64,000 nucleotides of DNA. Origin: Octopus vulgaris (taxonomy: Eukaryota). Position numbers and translations under genes: made by a program. The stretch is taken from assembly GCA_951406725.2 (NCBI GenBank), contig OX597823.1, positions 62,744,001 through 62,808,000 of the forward strand, written 5' to 3'. How positions within the stretch are numbered: the stretch's first letter is position 1; each line of letters begins with the position of its first letter. A model generated the notes under the pieces. The model did not search any database, was not told where the DNA came from, and was given only the letters and a program-made list of their open reading frames with translations. This document shows positions 1-14,129 of the stretch, piece by piece.

Positions 1-115
1 CATCACACATATTTCTATGTCTATATATGGATATGCACAGGCATATGGTTGTATGGTTAAGAATGATTGGATGTGTTTGATGAAAACTGTAAAAAGCCTC
101 TTGTGTGTATTTGCG

Positions 116-160
<45 letters not shown>

Positions 161-163
<3 letters not shown>

Positions 164-384
164 CTTTTATTTATTTCAGTCATTTGACTGTGGTCATGCT
201 GGAGTACCACCTTCAGTTGAACAAATCGACCCTAGACTTCTTCTTTGTAAACCTAGTGCTTATTCTATTGGTCTCTTTTGCCAAACTGCTGACAGGGACT
301 TAAACACACCAACATCAGTTGTCAAGTGATGGTGGGGGGCAAACAGACACACACATACATGCGAGTGGATTTGGTGTGTGTATG

Positions 385-419
<35 letters not shown>

Positions 420-581
420 CAGGCTTCTTCCAGTTTCCATCTACCAAATCCATTCACAAGGTTTGCTTTTGGTCGGCCCGAAGCTATAATAGAAGAAACT
501 TACCCAAGGTGCCATCCAGTGGGACTGAACCTGGAACCATGTAGCTGGGAAGCAAGCTTCTTACCACATGGCCATGCCTAC
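161..581 (-). mobile_element. tRNA-derived SINE, family A (head + internal microsatellite + ...ACTGAAACAAGTAAAA tail), diverged
   Basis: Reverse-complement similarity to the intact copies at 21953 and 53651. Confidence 0.8.
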
Positions 582-1098
582 ACACACACACACACACATG
601 TAGTATTGAGACATCTGGTGGTTTGCTGTGCTTGAAAAGACAAGCCAAACTTTGTAAAAACATTGTTGCCCTTGCATACAGGCTTGTCCCTTGTAACCCT
701 CTTTAGCTGAGCATCCCTAATCTGGGCTCATAAGTGTTGGTGCCGTGTTGTGTAAAAGTACTCTGTACACTCTGTAAAGTGGTTGGCATTAGGAAAAGCA
801 TCTAGCTGTAAAAACCATGCCAAAACAGACATGGAGCCTGAACAGCCCTTCAGCTGGTCAGCTTTTGTCAAACTGTCCAACCATGCCAGCATGGAAACCA
901 GACATAAAATGATGTGTGTGTGTCTGTTGTTTGTCCCCACCACTGCTTGACAACCAGTGTTGATTTGTTTGGCAAACGAGATTGATAGAATAAGTGCCAA
1001 GCTTTAAAAAAATAAGTACTAATGTTGATTTATTTGACTAAATCCTTCAAGGTGGTACCTTAATGACTGAAATAGTTAAAAGATATATATATATATTT

Positions 1099-1487
1099 AT
1101 AGGCACAGGAGTGGCTGTGTGGTAAGTAGCTTGATTACTAACCACATGGTTCCAGGTCCAGTCCCACTGTGTGGTATCTTGGGCAAGTGACTTCTGCTAT
1201 AGCCTCGGGCCAACCAAAGCCTTGTGAGTGGATTTGGTTGATAGAAACTGGAACAGACCTGTCGTATATATGTGTGTGTGTTTGTGTTTGTCCCCCCCCC
1301 CCCATTGCTTGACAACTGATGCTGGTGTGTTTATGTCCACGTAACTTAGCGCTTCTGCAAAAGAGACCAATAGAAAAAAAGTACTAGGCTTACAAAAAAT
1401 AAGTCTTGGGGTTGATTTGCTTGACTAAAGTCATTTCTCCAGCATGGCTGCAGTCAAAGGACTGAAACGAGAAAAATAATAAAAGAA
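1099..1487 (+). mobile_element. SINE family A
   Basis: A-box-like TGGCTGTGTGG, degenerate B-box, internal (TA/TG)n and conserved tail. Confidence 0.85.
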
Positions 1488-1496
1488 TATGTTATT

Positions 1497-1880
1497 GCAG
1501 GCAGGCTGTGTGTTAAGAAGTTTGCTTCCCAACCACATGGTTTTGGGGTCAGTCTTACTGCGTGGCACCTTGAGCAAATGTCGTTATTGCCCCAGGTCAA
1601 CTATAGGTTTGCAAGTAGATTTGCTATACAGAAACTGAAAGACACTCTTTATATATATATGTGTGTGTTTGTGTCCTCTTGTTTTGACATTGTATGATTT
1701 GTAAATGAATGTCATTCATATTCATGATCCTGTGAAACCATATCTGGGCATAGGAAAATATTATCTTGCTTGGAAACTTGTAAGGGCATCATAGCTGTTG
1801 CAGGAAGGGCATCTGGCTATTGCAAAATCTGCTTCAATAAATCTATGTCTGACCTATGCAAGCATGGAAGAGTGGACATA
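1497..1880 (+). mobile_element. SINE with family-A head and a different, RTE-like tail (similar copies at about 8177-8480 and 54970-55250)
   Basis: Same head and microsatellite as family A, then an unrelated body ending GCAAGCATGGAAGAGTGGAC. Confidence 0.65.
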
Positions 1881-4408
1881 TATTTTGTACAACTGTGTGT
1901 ATATGTCAGGATATCCTATAATTAATTTTTTCTTCTTGGTAAATTTAAATGTTTATGTAATCTGTTGCTGATTTAACACCATCATATTACCACTACAACT
2001 GCATTATCCTTGGTACATGAAGACCAGGTCTTTGACCTGAGGATAACTCAGTATTTTCACATTGTTTTTTTTCCTATTATAGCAGTTGATAGGTTAGAGT
2101 CTCTTATGCCTTTTCTTCCACTAGTTTCAAATGCCTTACAAAGGTCGTAGGTGATATTATTTTTCCTATTATGAAGCTGCTAAAAAAAATAAAATAAAGT
2201 GGTGCTGGTGTTATGAATGCCAAGTGTTCTCAGATGGTTCCCAGAAGTTTTGAAACCTAAAAGTGACATAATCTTCTTCAGCAAGTATTTGCTGTCCAGT
2301 TCATATCAGCATGGAAAATGGACATAAAATGATAATACTGACAATGATTATAACTACCATTTAACTGATGCTTTTTTTATGTACTAAGTACCCTATTGAC
2401 TTTGGTAATAATCTATTAATGAAGAGAACTCTTGTGACTAATGAAGAATTAGAAATTCATGTAATCTCTTATCATTAATCAACACTTCTAATAGCTTTGT
2501 GTAATTAATTAATTAATTAATTAGTTCTAATCATCTATGATTAAGCAAAATCTCTGTCCTGGAAATATCTGGTTGAATGTTTGCTTGGAAGTCCACAGTT
2601 TCAGCACCCTCAGTGTGCTGCTGTGTGTACTGCAGTCTGTTTGTGGTACTCTGCTGTATGCTTAGTGTTTAATCAGTGTGCGTGTGTTGTTGACTCATAG
2701 TCAAAGTATGTTTTATCTTCTACTTTGTTGCTTGCTCTTGAAGATTCAAGTGAGTCATGCCATTCAATTGAGATGATGAGATGGATTCTGTTCAATTCCT
2801 TGAGCTTCATAGGAGAATGTTTAGCAGCCTAGCACTATTTAAACCTAGTGTTGCTATTTTCTATATATATCTATCTTCCATTAGTTATTTTAATTTGGTG
2901 AGAGGTGATAGGTATTTTTAGAATAATGCTCTATTATGATTATTGGCTGTGTTGTTAATGAATTCAGTCTAGAACCATGTAGTTAAGAGCTTGTTCACAC
3001 TGTGTGGTACTGCAGATAGACATCCTCTAGTGTAGCCTCAGGCTGACCAATTCTTTTTGAGTTAAACTGGTAGATGGGTCAAGATACATAGGTATTTCTG
3101 GTTTCTCCTTGTCTTGATGCTTGCACTTTCATAAAAAACACAGTCACCATCCATACCAATGGTGTCATTGTCTAAAGTCTGTTACAAAAACATGTCCAGC
3201 CGGTGAACTGTTTATTGTCCAAATGACCAGCTGAAATATTACTTTCCTTGGAAACAGGCAAGGGCTTGTAACATAAAGAGCATCTTGCTGTAGAAAAATC
3301 TACCTAAGATTGTGTCTGCCCCATGATGATGATTGTCGTAAACATCCACTTGTGAATATTCAATATGTTCAGTGATAGGAAGTTTGGATTTGTGCCATTG
3401 GAATTGTAGAGGAATTCATTTTTAAACAGGGTACAGGGCCATGGAAATGTTTTAGTATAGGGATTGCTAAGCAAAGTGTGTTTAGTATAGGGTGTTTGTT
3501 ATCTAGTTAGTGATACATGGATAAAAGCAGGAAGTCCTATGGCCAATGTTCCATTTAAGTTGCACAATTGTACAACCACTGTGTTGGTGCTGTGCACATA
3601 AAATGTTGTCAATCATTTTAATTTACAAATGTATACCTGATGAGCTGCCTAAAAAATTTGGCTGCTGCTCATTTGATTCTAAAATATTTTTACTCATTGC
3701 ATTGAAAGTCCTACTTGGTGGTTACAAAAAATTAGAGAGAGAACATAGCCTTTAGTAGTGATTTGAGTTGTTTTGCTTTTGAAATACAGCAAACTGTAAA
3801 ACTATATTAATGTTCTAAGCTGTTTATGAATCATAAATGTGACTGACTGATAGTATCTCTAAGGATTGGAGCAACTCATTGAGATAACTTGGTTCTCTGT
3901 TTGCCAGATGTAGTTATTAAAACCTTTTTTTTACTTACTGGGTTTAGAATAAGGAGCAGCGCCTATGACCTTTGAGTCTGGTGCAACCCCTCTCCTGATA
4001 AGACCATCCAATCCATGCCAGCATGGACAACAGACGTTCAATGATGATGATGATGATGATGATATGTGTGTGTATATGTGTGTATCTATATATACATATG
4101 TGGATGTGTGTATGTATATGTGTGTGTGTATATATATATGTATATGTAACTATTTGTGTATATATATGTGTGTATGTGTGTATGTATATATATATATACA
4201 CACATAAACGTGCCTGTGCCATGTAAAAATTCCTATGCCAGTTCCACTTAAAATGCACCCAATATACACTATAAAGTGGTTGGCATTAGGAAGGGCGTCA
4301 ACCCTTAGAAACCATTGCCAGAATGGACTTGGAGCCTGCAGCTGGCTAGCTCCTGTCAAACCATCCAACCCATGCCAGCATGGAAAACATGTGAAATGAT
4401 GATGTTGA

Positions 4409-4468
<60 letters not shown>

Positions 4469-5272
4469 GGTGACTTGATGCATCACTGGTAGGTGAAAAG
4501 AGCCAATTGAAATCATGGTTCCAGAAAGCTTTCAAAAGAAAAGACTGTAATTACATGAAACATTTATACATAAAATAGCTTTTACTTAAGCAAAGAAGAT
4601 AATTAGTTGGACTTTTGAGTTCTTGCACCAAACTAAACTCCCTTCCTTAGCACAACTGTAATTGTTGTTTAGTTTTGGATTAGCCTGTTATAGCTAAGTA
4701 AAAATACTTAGCAGCCAAAGTATGTGTGTGTGTGTGCACATTCATATGAAAAGTACTATTGTGTTTATCTTTACATTTATATGGTATGGTTTGTTTTGCA
4801 AATTTGAAATATTTTGTGAGAATTTTTGGAGAATGTTTAGAGCTGGACATTCCTTCCTTTTTATTCAGCTGAAGTGGGAGTGGTGTGGCTCAATTTTCAA
4901 TTAAACCGACTGAATCAAATAATGTGTTTTATCTAATGACAAATCTGAGTGAGAGGAGAGGAGTAATACTATTTGAATGAATGGTGAAGCTGTGTTCAAA
5001 ATAATAATGTGATAGTGCAGCACCTTAGTGGTACCTTCACACATGGACATGTATTGCTTTAGCCTTAATTTTTAAATAAAGTATTTAGAGAAATAATTAA
5101 TTTCTCCATCATTAAGCAGGTATGTTCACACAACTCAAAATGTCCTGGTAGCACAGGACTGGCCTGAGCTCAGAAAATATATAGTGTTCTATCTAATGAA
5201 AGACAGAACAGTGGAAAGTAGAACTTACTGGTGTTCACAATAGACATTTCTACTTTGTTTTACTTTATTTAA

Positions 5273-5475
5273 CCCTTTAGCCATATCTGGCCTAAATATT
5301 CTACCTGTTCTATTTTCAAACCAGCCAGATTTGGCCTCTCACACCTACCTCATAATGTTATTCTAAAAGTGAATAAGAACATTGAAATCTTAAAGTTACA
5401 AGATAATGCATGGTTAATTCGAAACAGTGAATATATAAGCACTATATTTGACAGAATAATCTGAGTACTAAAGGG
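5273..5475. mobile_element. piggyBac-type MITE (similar copies at 9354-9540 and about 12165-12358)
   Basis: TTAA-CCCTTTAG ... CTAAAGGG-TTAA termini; internal sequence shared between copies. Confidence 0.8.
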
Positions 5476-5629
5476 TTAAGCATGTTTGCTGATTTGGGGA
5501 AGATGGTTTTTATTTCATTACAGAGGTTTCATTCACTCATCATGATAGAGGCTATAGAGATACCCATTGCAGTGTATGTACTTGCTGAAGTGCAATATGC
5601 ACAAAGTGATATTGAAGTTAGTAATATTG

Positions 5630-5821
5630 GTTTCAAATTTTGGCACAAGGCCAACACATTTGGGGAAGGAGTAAGTTTATGTTGACCCCAGTGCATGACT
5701 GGTACTTATTTTATCGACCCTGAAAAGATGAAAGTCAAAGTCGACTTTGGGGCGGAATTTAAACTCAGAATGTAAAGATGGATGAAATACTGCTGCTAAT
5801 GATTGTGCCAACTAGCCATCT
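5630..5821 (-). mobile_element. Short SINE, family C, with 20-bp target-site duplication
   Basis: TATTGAAGTTAGTAATATTG flanks both sides (5610-5629 and 5822-5841); similar to the copies at 27800-28640 and 46914. Confidence 0.8.
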
Positions 5822-7115
5822 TATTGAAGTTAGTAATATTGATAATGCTATGCTGTTTCTTTTGTCAGTTTGTCAAAAGGTGGATTTATAGTTTAATTAC
5901 TAGCTGTTGAAGTTGTTCTCATACAGTCCAATATATGGTGTAGGAGTGTGTATGTGTGTGAATATATATATATGTTTATATGTAGATAATGATGTTATTT
6001 AAAGCATGTTTAAGAACGACAGATATACTGAGAATAGAATCAAATTTATTATCAAAGGAATACTCTGCCCTCACTTTGTCAAAACTTCTGGCCTTGAACC
6101 ATTGGAAATCATTATTATTAAATATTCTACTGTACTCTGATATATTTTATTAATGATTTTTCTATTACCTTACTAGGAAACAGCATCATCATAATATTTA
6201 TGTTTGCTTTTCTATGCTTGCATGAGTTGGAGTGCTCTTTCTATCACAGTAACTTGCTGTTTGTTGCTGTTTTTTGTAAATTTTTTTATGAGGCTCAACA
6301 GTCTGAGATTAGCATTTACAACTGCTGCCAATATCTTCCTTAGTCTTCTTTTTCAAATATGTTATCCTGGTATATCTTAACCCATCTATCATTCATAATC
6401 TGCATCACATCTGTTCCAATACATTGTTGTATACTACAATTGATTCCTCTTATACCTGGTTTATCTCTCAGTTCATCTGTACCACACCAACATTACACAT
6501 TTTGCTGATCAACAAGCATAACCATGATATACATAATTTCCCTCCACACAAAAAACTAGATGATCATTAATGCCAATGTTATTTAACACACATACATGGC
6601 ACCCTTGTAACAAACTAGGATTAGTTCCTGGTTGAAATAAATGAGGTATTCACAGTCAAACCATATCCAATCTGGTGATAATGACCATCACATGATTCTT
6701 GATTATAAAATGATAATAACAAAGGCAACTAAATGTTAGTTCATCCACAAGACAGTGAAAAAGTCTAAGAACATCAATGAACCTTGGATGCTTATTCCTA
6801 GTAAAATATCAAGGACTAATAAAGAAATGGGAAAAATTTATAATATATAAGGTTTCCTGTGTGCACAAATCTCTCTTTTTCTCAGTGTTTTACTTGACAA
6901 TGGGAGGAAAAACATTCAACAATATATGTGAAATTCATTTATTCAAAGCTGAGGTTTTCCTTTTACATTGTTCAAAATATGAGAAATGGAAATGAAACTC
7001 AGTAGTTTTAATGTCCTTTACATTAGCCTTCATTTTTACCAAAAACTTGTGATATTTGGTGGTGGAAAGTGTGCAGGAGCCTCTGTTATATATATTTATA
7101 TATATATTATATAAT

Positions 7116-7719
7116 TTGGTATAAGAAGAGACAAAAATTTAGATAATCATTCTATATTTATGATTTACATCAACATAATAAATACATATAACAAATTTAC
7201 ATCAAGACAAGGAACATATCCATATATTATTTAGGATAGAAATAAGTTATAAGGAGGTAAAAATGTACGTGAAAAGGATAAATAAATAAAGGTTGATATA
7301 TTTTTAAATTTAAGGTTAAAAAAATTAATTATTAAAAGTTGTAAGATACATTGGTAGTAGTAAGTAATCCTAATTATGGATTTAAAAGTTCCAAAGAAAT
7401 GTTTATAGAGGGTTATGCAATTCATATAACCCTCTATAACATTTCTTCGGAACTCCTCTAAACTTTTACATCCATAATTAGGATTTCTCACAACTGCCGA
7501 TGTATCTTACGACTTTTAATACTTAATTCATTTTTTTAACCTTAAATTTAAAATGATTTTTAATTGCTATATCAACCTTTATTTATTTATCCTTTTCACG
7601 TACATTTTTACCTCCTATAACTTATTTCTATCCTAAATAATATATGGATATGTTCCTTGTCTTGATGTAAACCATAAATATAGAATGATTATCTAAATTT
7701 TTGTTTCTTCTTATACCAA
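7116..7719. repeat. About 600-bp imperfect palindrome (arms about 300 bp, loop about 9 nt near 7417-7425)
   Basis: TTGGTATAAGAAGAGACAAAAATTTAGATAATC... pairs with ...GATTATCTAAATTTTTGTTTCTTCTTATACCAA, with near-continuous pairing to the centre apart from a few indels. Confidence 0.95.
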
Positions 7720-8490
7720 GTCTGACATCTCGGGTTTGACCTCAGCACTTCCTAGCAATTGTGTAAAAAAAAAAAACTTTTTCGAAAGAAAAACAATATT
7801 TTATATATATATATATGTGTATATATATACGCATACACATACACGCACATATGTTTGTCTGTCTATTTGCCATGATAGATTGCTAGCCACTAAACCTGTC
7901 TTATTTTCTCTCCCTGTTTCTTTCTGTGTTCCTTTCTGTCAAAGAGCATAGGCCCGAAATGTAAAAAACTTTCTCACTTTCCGAGCGTGAAACTAATATA
8001 GTTGTTTGTTGTTTACACACCTGTCTTCGTCTTTTGTTTTTTTGTAAATTCTCACTATCTGTCTATCTATATATAATGCACACACACACACACACACATA
8101 CGCACATTTATATATGTGTTTGTGTAAATATATGGTTGTGCACATGTGTATCAACCTTTAAAAGTCTGATGCTGTGCAGGCATGGATGTGTGGTGAGAAG
8201 TTTGCTTTCCAATTACATGGTTCCGGGTTCAGTCCTATTGCTTGGCACTTTGGGCAAGTGTCTTTTAATATAGCCTTGGGCTGACCAAAGTCTTCTCCTT
8301 GTCTTGACCTTGCATATAGTTGCAAATGATTGTTACTATTAAAGAGCTGTCATTCATTTCCAGTATCTTATGAGAACATGTGTGGCCATGGAGGAACTAC
8401 TATCTTGCTTGGTAACATGAAAGGCATTGGGTTATGGGAAATATGACTCGTGCAATCATGGAAAAGTGGATGTTGAAATGAAATGTTATT

Positions 8491-8539
<49 letters not shown>

Positions 8540-8708
8540 TTAGATTACCAAACTGCTGGTATTTGCACAAAGATTGACTCTGTCTAGCTTTAGTTTATAA
8601 GAAGATGGGCAAAACAAGTACTATTCAAAGACTAGGTCAATATACTGCTGAAAACCCTAACAAACTAGGTTCTGGCATGACTGCAGTTGAAAGATAGACA
8701 CTAGTAAA

Positions 8709-9094
8709 TGGAAGCACTCCGTCGGTTACGACGACGAGGGTTCCGGTTGATCCGAATCAATGGAACAGCTTGCTCGTGAAATTAACGTGTAAGTGGCTGA
8801 GCACTCCACAAACACGTGTACCCTTAACGTAGTTCTCGGGGATATTCAGCGTGACAAAGAGAGTGACAAGGCCGGCCCTTTGAAATACAGGTACAACAGA
8901 AACAGGAAGTAAGAGTGAGAGAAAGTTGTGGTGAAAGAGTACAGCAGGGATCACCACCATCCTCTGCCGGAGCCTCGTGGAGCTTTAGGTGTTTTCGCTC
9001 AATAAACACTCACAACGCCAGGTCTGGGAATCGAAACCACGATCCTATGACCGCGAGTCCGCTGCCCTAACCACTGGGCCATTGCGCCTCCACC
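8709..9094 (-). mobile_element. Young tRNA-derived SINE, family B, with 11-bp TSD
   Basis: ACACTAGTAAA at 8698-8708 and 9095-9105; A and B boxes on the minus strand; near-identical to 29336-29730. Confidence 0.92.
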
Positions 9095-10654
9095 ACACTA
9101 GTAAAAAAAACTATGTAAATGTAAATATGCATTTAGCTGGTATACTTAAACATAAGAAGGTATTCTTGCAAACATTTAGGTCAGGTTTCCAGTCTGAGAC
9201 CAATTTACTCTCATCAGTCTCATGTTCTTGCAAAAGGTCACAAGTGTTATACTTGCTTTTTTGATATGTTATTCCCAGGTATTACTTAGTGAATTGAAAA
9301 AAAGAAGATAGTACACAATCCATGGTGTAGACTTTGTTCATATAGATATTTAACCTTTTTGCATTCAAACCAGCTATATCTGGCCAACATATTCTGCCTG
9401 TTTATATTCCCACAATGTTATTCTAAAAATTAACAATTACATCATTGAAATCTTGAAGTTATGAGATAACACATGATTAATTTAAAACAATGTGAATAAA
9501 TAAACATAAGATTTGACAAAGTAATCTGAATGCTAAAGGGTCAAAGTGAGGATCTTGTTATTACTGGGGTTTCAATCTCTCTGAGCTTTCAGGCAACCAA
9601 AATTACAGCTTGAAACTCATGTTTCACTCTCTGTCACTATTTCTTCCACTCTGTTTTTATCTTCAGTCTACCTTAGTAATCAGAATAACGGCAAAGTTAT
9701 ATAACTTTATATATTATATAACTTTATATAATTATATATTATATAACTTTATATAAATATATATAAATTATATAAATAACAGAAGTTATTTCATGAGCCA
9801 GGCACATTTTGTTATGGCACTGTCATTAGAATGGTTTTTTGATATTAAACTAAAACATCCTTTCTATCTTGCGTCAGTTTTTATTGTGTGTTATTGTCTT
9901 TACTTGATGAGCTGCTTTTGCTGTAGCATGCAGCATTCAAGTTTCCTTTCTTTCAGTTTAATTCTTTGAATCCTTCTAAACTTTATTGAAGAACAAGATT
10001 ATGCTTTCTTAGATACTCACCCTAATCTTTATCCTGGTTGCTCCATTCTGAAGTCACTTATATAATTTTGCTTGGCATAATTTTGACACCTTGAGAAAAT
10101 GTAGAAGATTGATTTTTCATGGGTAAATGAACATCTATTGGTGTAGCAGGGCATAGATAAAAACTAGCAGGTTAAATTATAATGTCTTGTGGTGCTTTAA
10201 CCATAGATGTTAGTTGGGTTATATCAAGCGGTCTGGCTAAACATTTCCAGATTTTTGGTAGGATGTTTTGTTAGTCAACTTCATTGAAATAGCTGGTATT
10301 TCTTTATGGAATTAAAAGTTATAATCCATTTGGCAGCATATTTCTGTTAAAATACACTGCCTTTGTTTCAAATAATTTGGAAAATATTGAAGAATTTAGC
10401 AAAATAACTGTCAAATTAAGCTGGTATTTGGAAGTAAGTTAACTCGAAATTTTTATGGACGGCTTTAATTAGATTACTTCTAAAGAGGAAGCTTGAACTA
10501 AAAATATAACTAAAAGTATAGGGGAAAAATATTATATTCAGGTTACACCCCTAGTATCGTCTAATGGCACACCAGTTGTGGAGCACTGGTGTAGATTTAC
10601 AAGAAATTTTGCACTTTAATTAGTAGCTATATAGTTATATCTTTTTCTTATATT

Positions 10655-11000
10655 TCTTTTACTTGTTAGTCATTGGAACCACCTTGAAGAGTTTTAGTTG
10701 AACAAATCAACCCTAACACTTTATCTTTTTAAAGTCTTTTACTTATTCTATCATACTAAATTGCTAAGTTATAAGGATGTAAACAAACTAATACCAGTTG
10801 TCAAGTAGTGGTGGTGACAGTCACACACACACATACAACTGGCTTCTTTCAGTTTCTGTCCACCAAATCTGCTCACAAGGTCTTGGTTGGCCGGGGGCTC
10901 TAGTGTAGACACTTGCTCAAGGTGCCACTCAGTAGGACTGAACCCCAGACCATGTAGCTAGGAAGCAAATTTCTTACAACATAGCCATGCCTGTGCCTAT
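10655..11000 (-). mobile_element. SINE family A, diverged (another copy at about 11607-11932)
   Basis: Similarity to other family A copies in this window. Confidence 0.7.
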
Positions 11001-11380
11001 AAGAATAATTTTCTACATTGTTTTAAGTTTTCAGGCTGATATTTTATGTAGGATTGTGTAAATTGTTACTGAAAGAATTGTAATCCACAAGTTTAGATAA
11101 CTTCCTCATTGCAACATAAACAACCCCAAAATTACTACTAGAGTGGCTTCCATAAATATATATATATATATATGTCAAACATCATTTAATGTCTGTCTTT
11201 TATGCTAGTATGGGCAGGATGGTTTCACAAGAGCTGGCCAGGCTGAAGCCTGCATTAGACTTTTGTGACTGTTTTGGCAGGATTTTTACAGCTGGATGCC
11301 TTTCCTGACATCAACCACTCATCAGAGTGGACTGGGTGCTTTTAAGTGGCACCTGCACTCACAGGGTCACCAAGTGCTTG

Positions 11381-11433
<53 letters not shown>

Positions 11434-12418
11434 AAATTTCTATTGACTACTGTTTCTGTAACATTAACATTTGTATGACCATATGTCTAGTGAAATATAC
11501 TTCCTCTGTATTAATTAATTTTGAAAATAATTGAGAATTTGGATAGGTCTTGGAAATTTATTAGCTTCATCATATTCAGTAAGTGCTTAGAGCACATTTA
11601 AAGAGTTTATCTTTTACTTGTTTCAGTCTTTAGACTGTGGCCCTGTGGGGCACTGCCTTGAAAAAATTTAGTCAAACAAATCAACCCCATTGCTTTTTTT
11701 CAAAGCATAGTACTCATTCTATTGGTCTATTTTTCTGAACTGTCAAGTTGTGGGGACATAAAAATACCAACACTGATTGTCAAGCTGTGGTGGGACATGT
11801 ACACACACACACACACAATGGGATTTTTTCAGTTTCTGTCTACCAAATCCACTCTCAAGGCTTTGACCCAAGGTGCCACACAGTGAGGCTGAACCTGGAT
11901 CCATGAGTTTGGGAAGCAAGCTTCTTACCAATTTCAATATGAACACTTTGAAATGTCAGGGTTTGTATTGGAACCATAAATGGGTCTCAAATAGGTTGGT
12001 ACCAAAAAGGTTAAGTGAGTTTATATGTCATGTGGATGTAAAAAGAAACATATTACCAATGTTATAAATTAAGATTTAATTGTAAATGAATTCTCTGTAT
12101 AGTGTTACAAAGCAAAGTCTTTGTTGATCAACATGAATCTTTGATATGGATAAAGTGGTTTGGATTTAAACCGGCCTTATCTGGCCCAAATATACTACCT
12201 GTCCTATGTTCACACTGGTCAGATGCAGCATACCATACCTACCCTCCAATGCTATTCTAAAAATGTACAATCATATCATCACAATTTTAAAGCTATGAGA
12301 TAATACATAGTTAATTAAATACAATTACATTTGACAAAATAAACTGAATGCTAAAGGGTTAATCTGCCTCACTGATTGATGAAGTGGTTGACACACCCAC
12401 ACAGAATTTGGACCTAGC

Positions 12419-12496
12419 ATGGAAATTGATGTTGAAGTGTTGGATCTAGTATGGAAATTGATGTTGAAGTGTTGGATCTAGTATGGAAATTGATGT
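12419..12496 (+). repeat. Tandem repeat, 31-32-bp unit x 2.5
   Basis: ATGGAAATTGATGTTGAAGTGTTGGATCTAGT is repeated. Confidence 0.9.
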
Positions 12497-13240
12497 TTAT
12501 GACCATCAACGAAGATGAAAGCTACCTAATCTGTTCCACTGTTGGCAGTAACTTCAAATGCTTTGGGTCCTACGTTGCTGACATTAAGAAAGATTTGTTG
12601 ACAGGCAGAGATTTCTGGCACAGTATGGTGAAAGACATCCTCATTTCAATCACTTGAAAAGGTATTAGATGGGAGGGATATTTAGATATGAATATATTTG
12701 TGATTGTTTGGGCTGTCTGAGGCATATGATTGTACATTGAGGTAAAGTTAAAAGATTATTAGTAAATTCAATGAGTTCAAGCTGGTGTCTTCAAAGATAA
12801 ATGAGTTGGTAGTCCTGTCAATATACCTTATTTCTTTAGAGCATTAAACCTTCCTCTTTCTTTGAGTTACAAATCTGTCTTTTGTAAATATTGTATTTTT
12901 ATGAACAAAGTCCATCACACGTTTCTGCCCAGTCTAGTTTTTTTCCTTTGTAACTCTTTTCTTCTACTTGTTTCAGACTGTGGCCATGCTGGGGCACAGC
13001 CTTAAAGAATTTTTAGTTGAATGAATTGCCCCTTTATTTTTTTTTAAGTCTAGTACTTATTCTATTGGTCTCTTTTGCTGAACTGCTAAGTTACAGGGGA
13101 TATAAATAAATCTTGTTGTGGTTTATCGATTTTAATGTTGTAATGTTACTGTGTATAAACAAGCATTTAAAGATCACTATATTTATAGATCATGTCTTTG
13201 TAGAGCATATGGCTTACCTCATTCATAGTGTCATGTTTAA

Positions 13241-13444
13241 CCCTTTTGAGACCAAATCAGCCAAGACTATCTTCATTTAATGTTACAGGCTCTGGGTTTT
13301 AAAGTGATCTAAATTAAAACTTGCTATTAAAATTTTCATGTCAAATTATGTTCCAAAGGTCTGCTTAATAATTATAGTTATTTTACTATATTCCTCATTA
13401 TTTTAAAAATTAATTGAAAGAAAAACTGTATTTTAACAGAAGGG
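13241..13444. mobile_element. Old piggyBac-type MITE related to the 44186 family
   Basis: TTAA-CCCTT ... AAGGG-TTAA termini and internal similarity. Confidence 0.65.
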
Positions 13445-14052
13445 TTAATACTTGTCATTCAACTTCGAAAACATTGGGCTCAGCTGTTTTCCAAATTGAT
13501 TTCTCCTAAGTTTGCAGAACCATTCCTTCTATGCTAGAATAGATAAATAGATTTATTAAAGAATACAAGTTGGCACTAAGGGAATGGAAAACAGAAATAT
13601 TAACCGCTATCTGGTAAGCATTGGAGCAATCTAAATAAAGAATATTAATGCCTCTAGTTACTTGTTCTTCAATAACCTTTTTTTCTTGGCTTGTCCATGT
13701 TTGTAGATCAAATTATTAGGGCCAGTAAATGCTTTTGAAAGCAATGTTTAGAGTACTTCAGTATTTTCAACAAGGCTCAAGTATACCTCATGATGCTGTA
13801 TTACTCATAGACCTGAAAAAGCTATTGCCTTCATACTTTTTTCTAATCCCTTTCTCATATTAAAAGATTTTCTGTTGGAGGAATCTTTATCTTGAAATGG
13901 TTATAAGAGTAGCCAATTGTAAGGATAATGAATTATTTTGACAATATCTAATTAAATGCCCAGAATTATGCACATTTTTTCACTTATACAAAAATGAATA
14001 TAAAACTTTAATAAAAAAAGTTGACTAAATCTTTTTTTTTTTCTCCTTTTAG

Positions 14053-14129
14053 TTTTGATAAAAATTGATGGACAGAGAATCTACATCTTGTCATTTCTTG
14101 CTCACTTATGAAGAGAAGAAAAGTTGAAG
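14053..14129 (+). other. PPP1R10: Probable 5'UTR exon of PPP1R10 carrying two upstream ATGs
   Basis: Long polypyrimidine tract followed by tag acceptor, and donor AAG|gtatgt. The main-ORF frame has a TGA stop in this exon, so it does not code for PNUTS. It lies in non-repetitive sequence. Confidence 0.6.

Noticed and set aside
67-544. Many YIYI/CVCV/HTHT ORFs here and throughout the ORF track
   Set aside because: They are translations of stop-free (TA)n/(TG)n microsatellites and SINEs.
2083-2143. Possible additional 5'UTR exon (polypyrimidine tract, TAGCAG acceptor)
   Set aside because: The donor sites are weak and there is no independent support.
7720-7754. Helitron 3' end (CTAG after the palindrome)
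   Set aside because: No clear GC-rich subterminal hairpin, and CTAG is not followed by T.
8757-9009. Near-identical ORFs at 8757/8824 and 29422/29471 suggesting a duplicated gene
   Set aside because: Both lie within copies of the same SINE.
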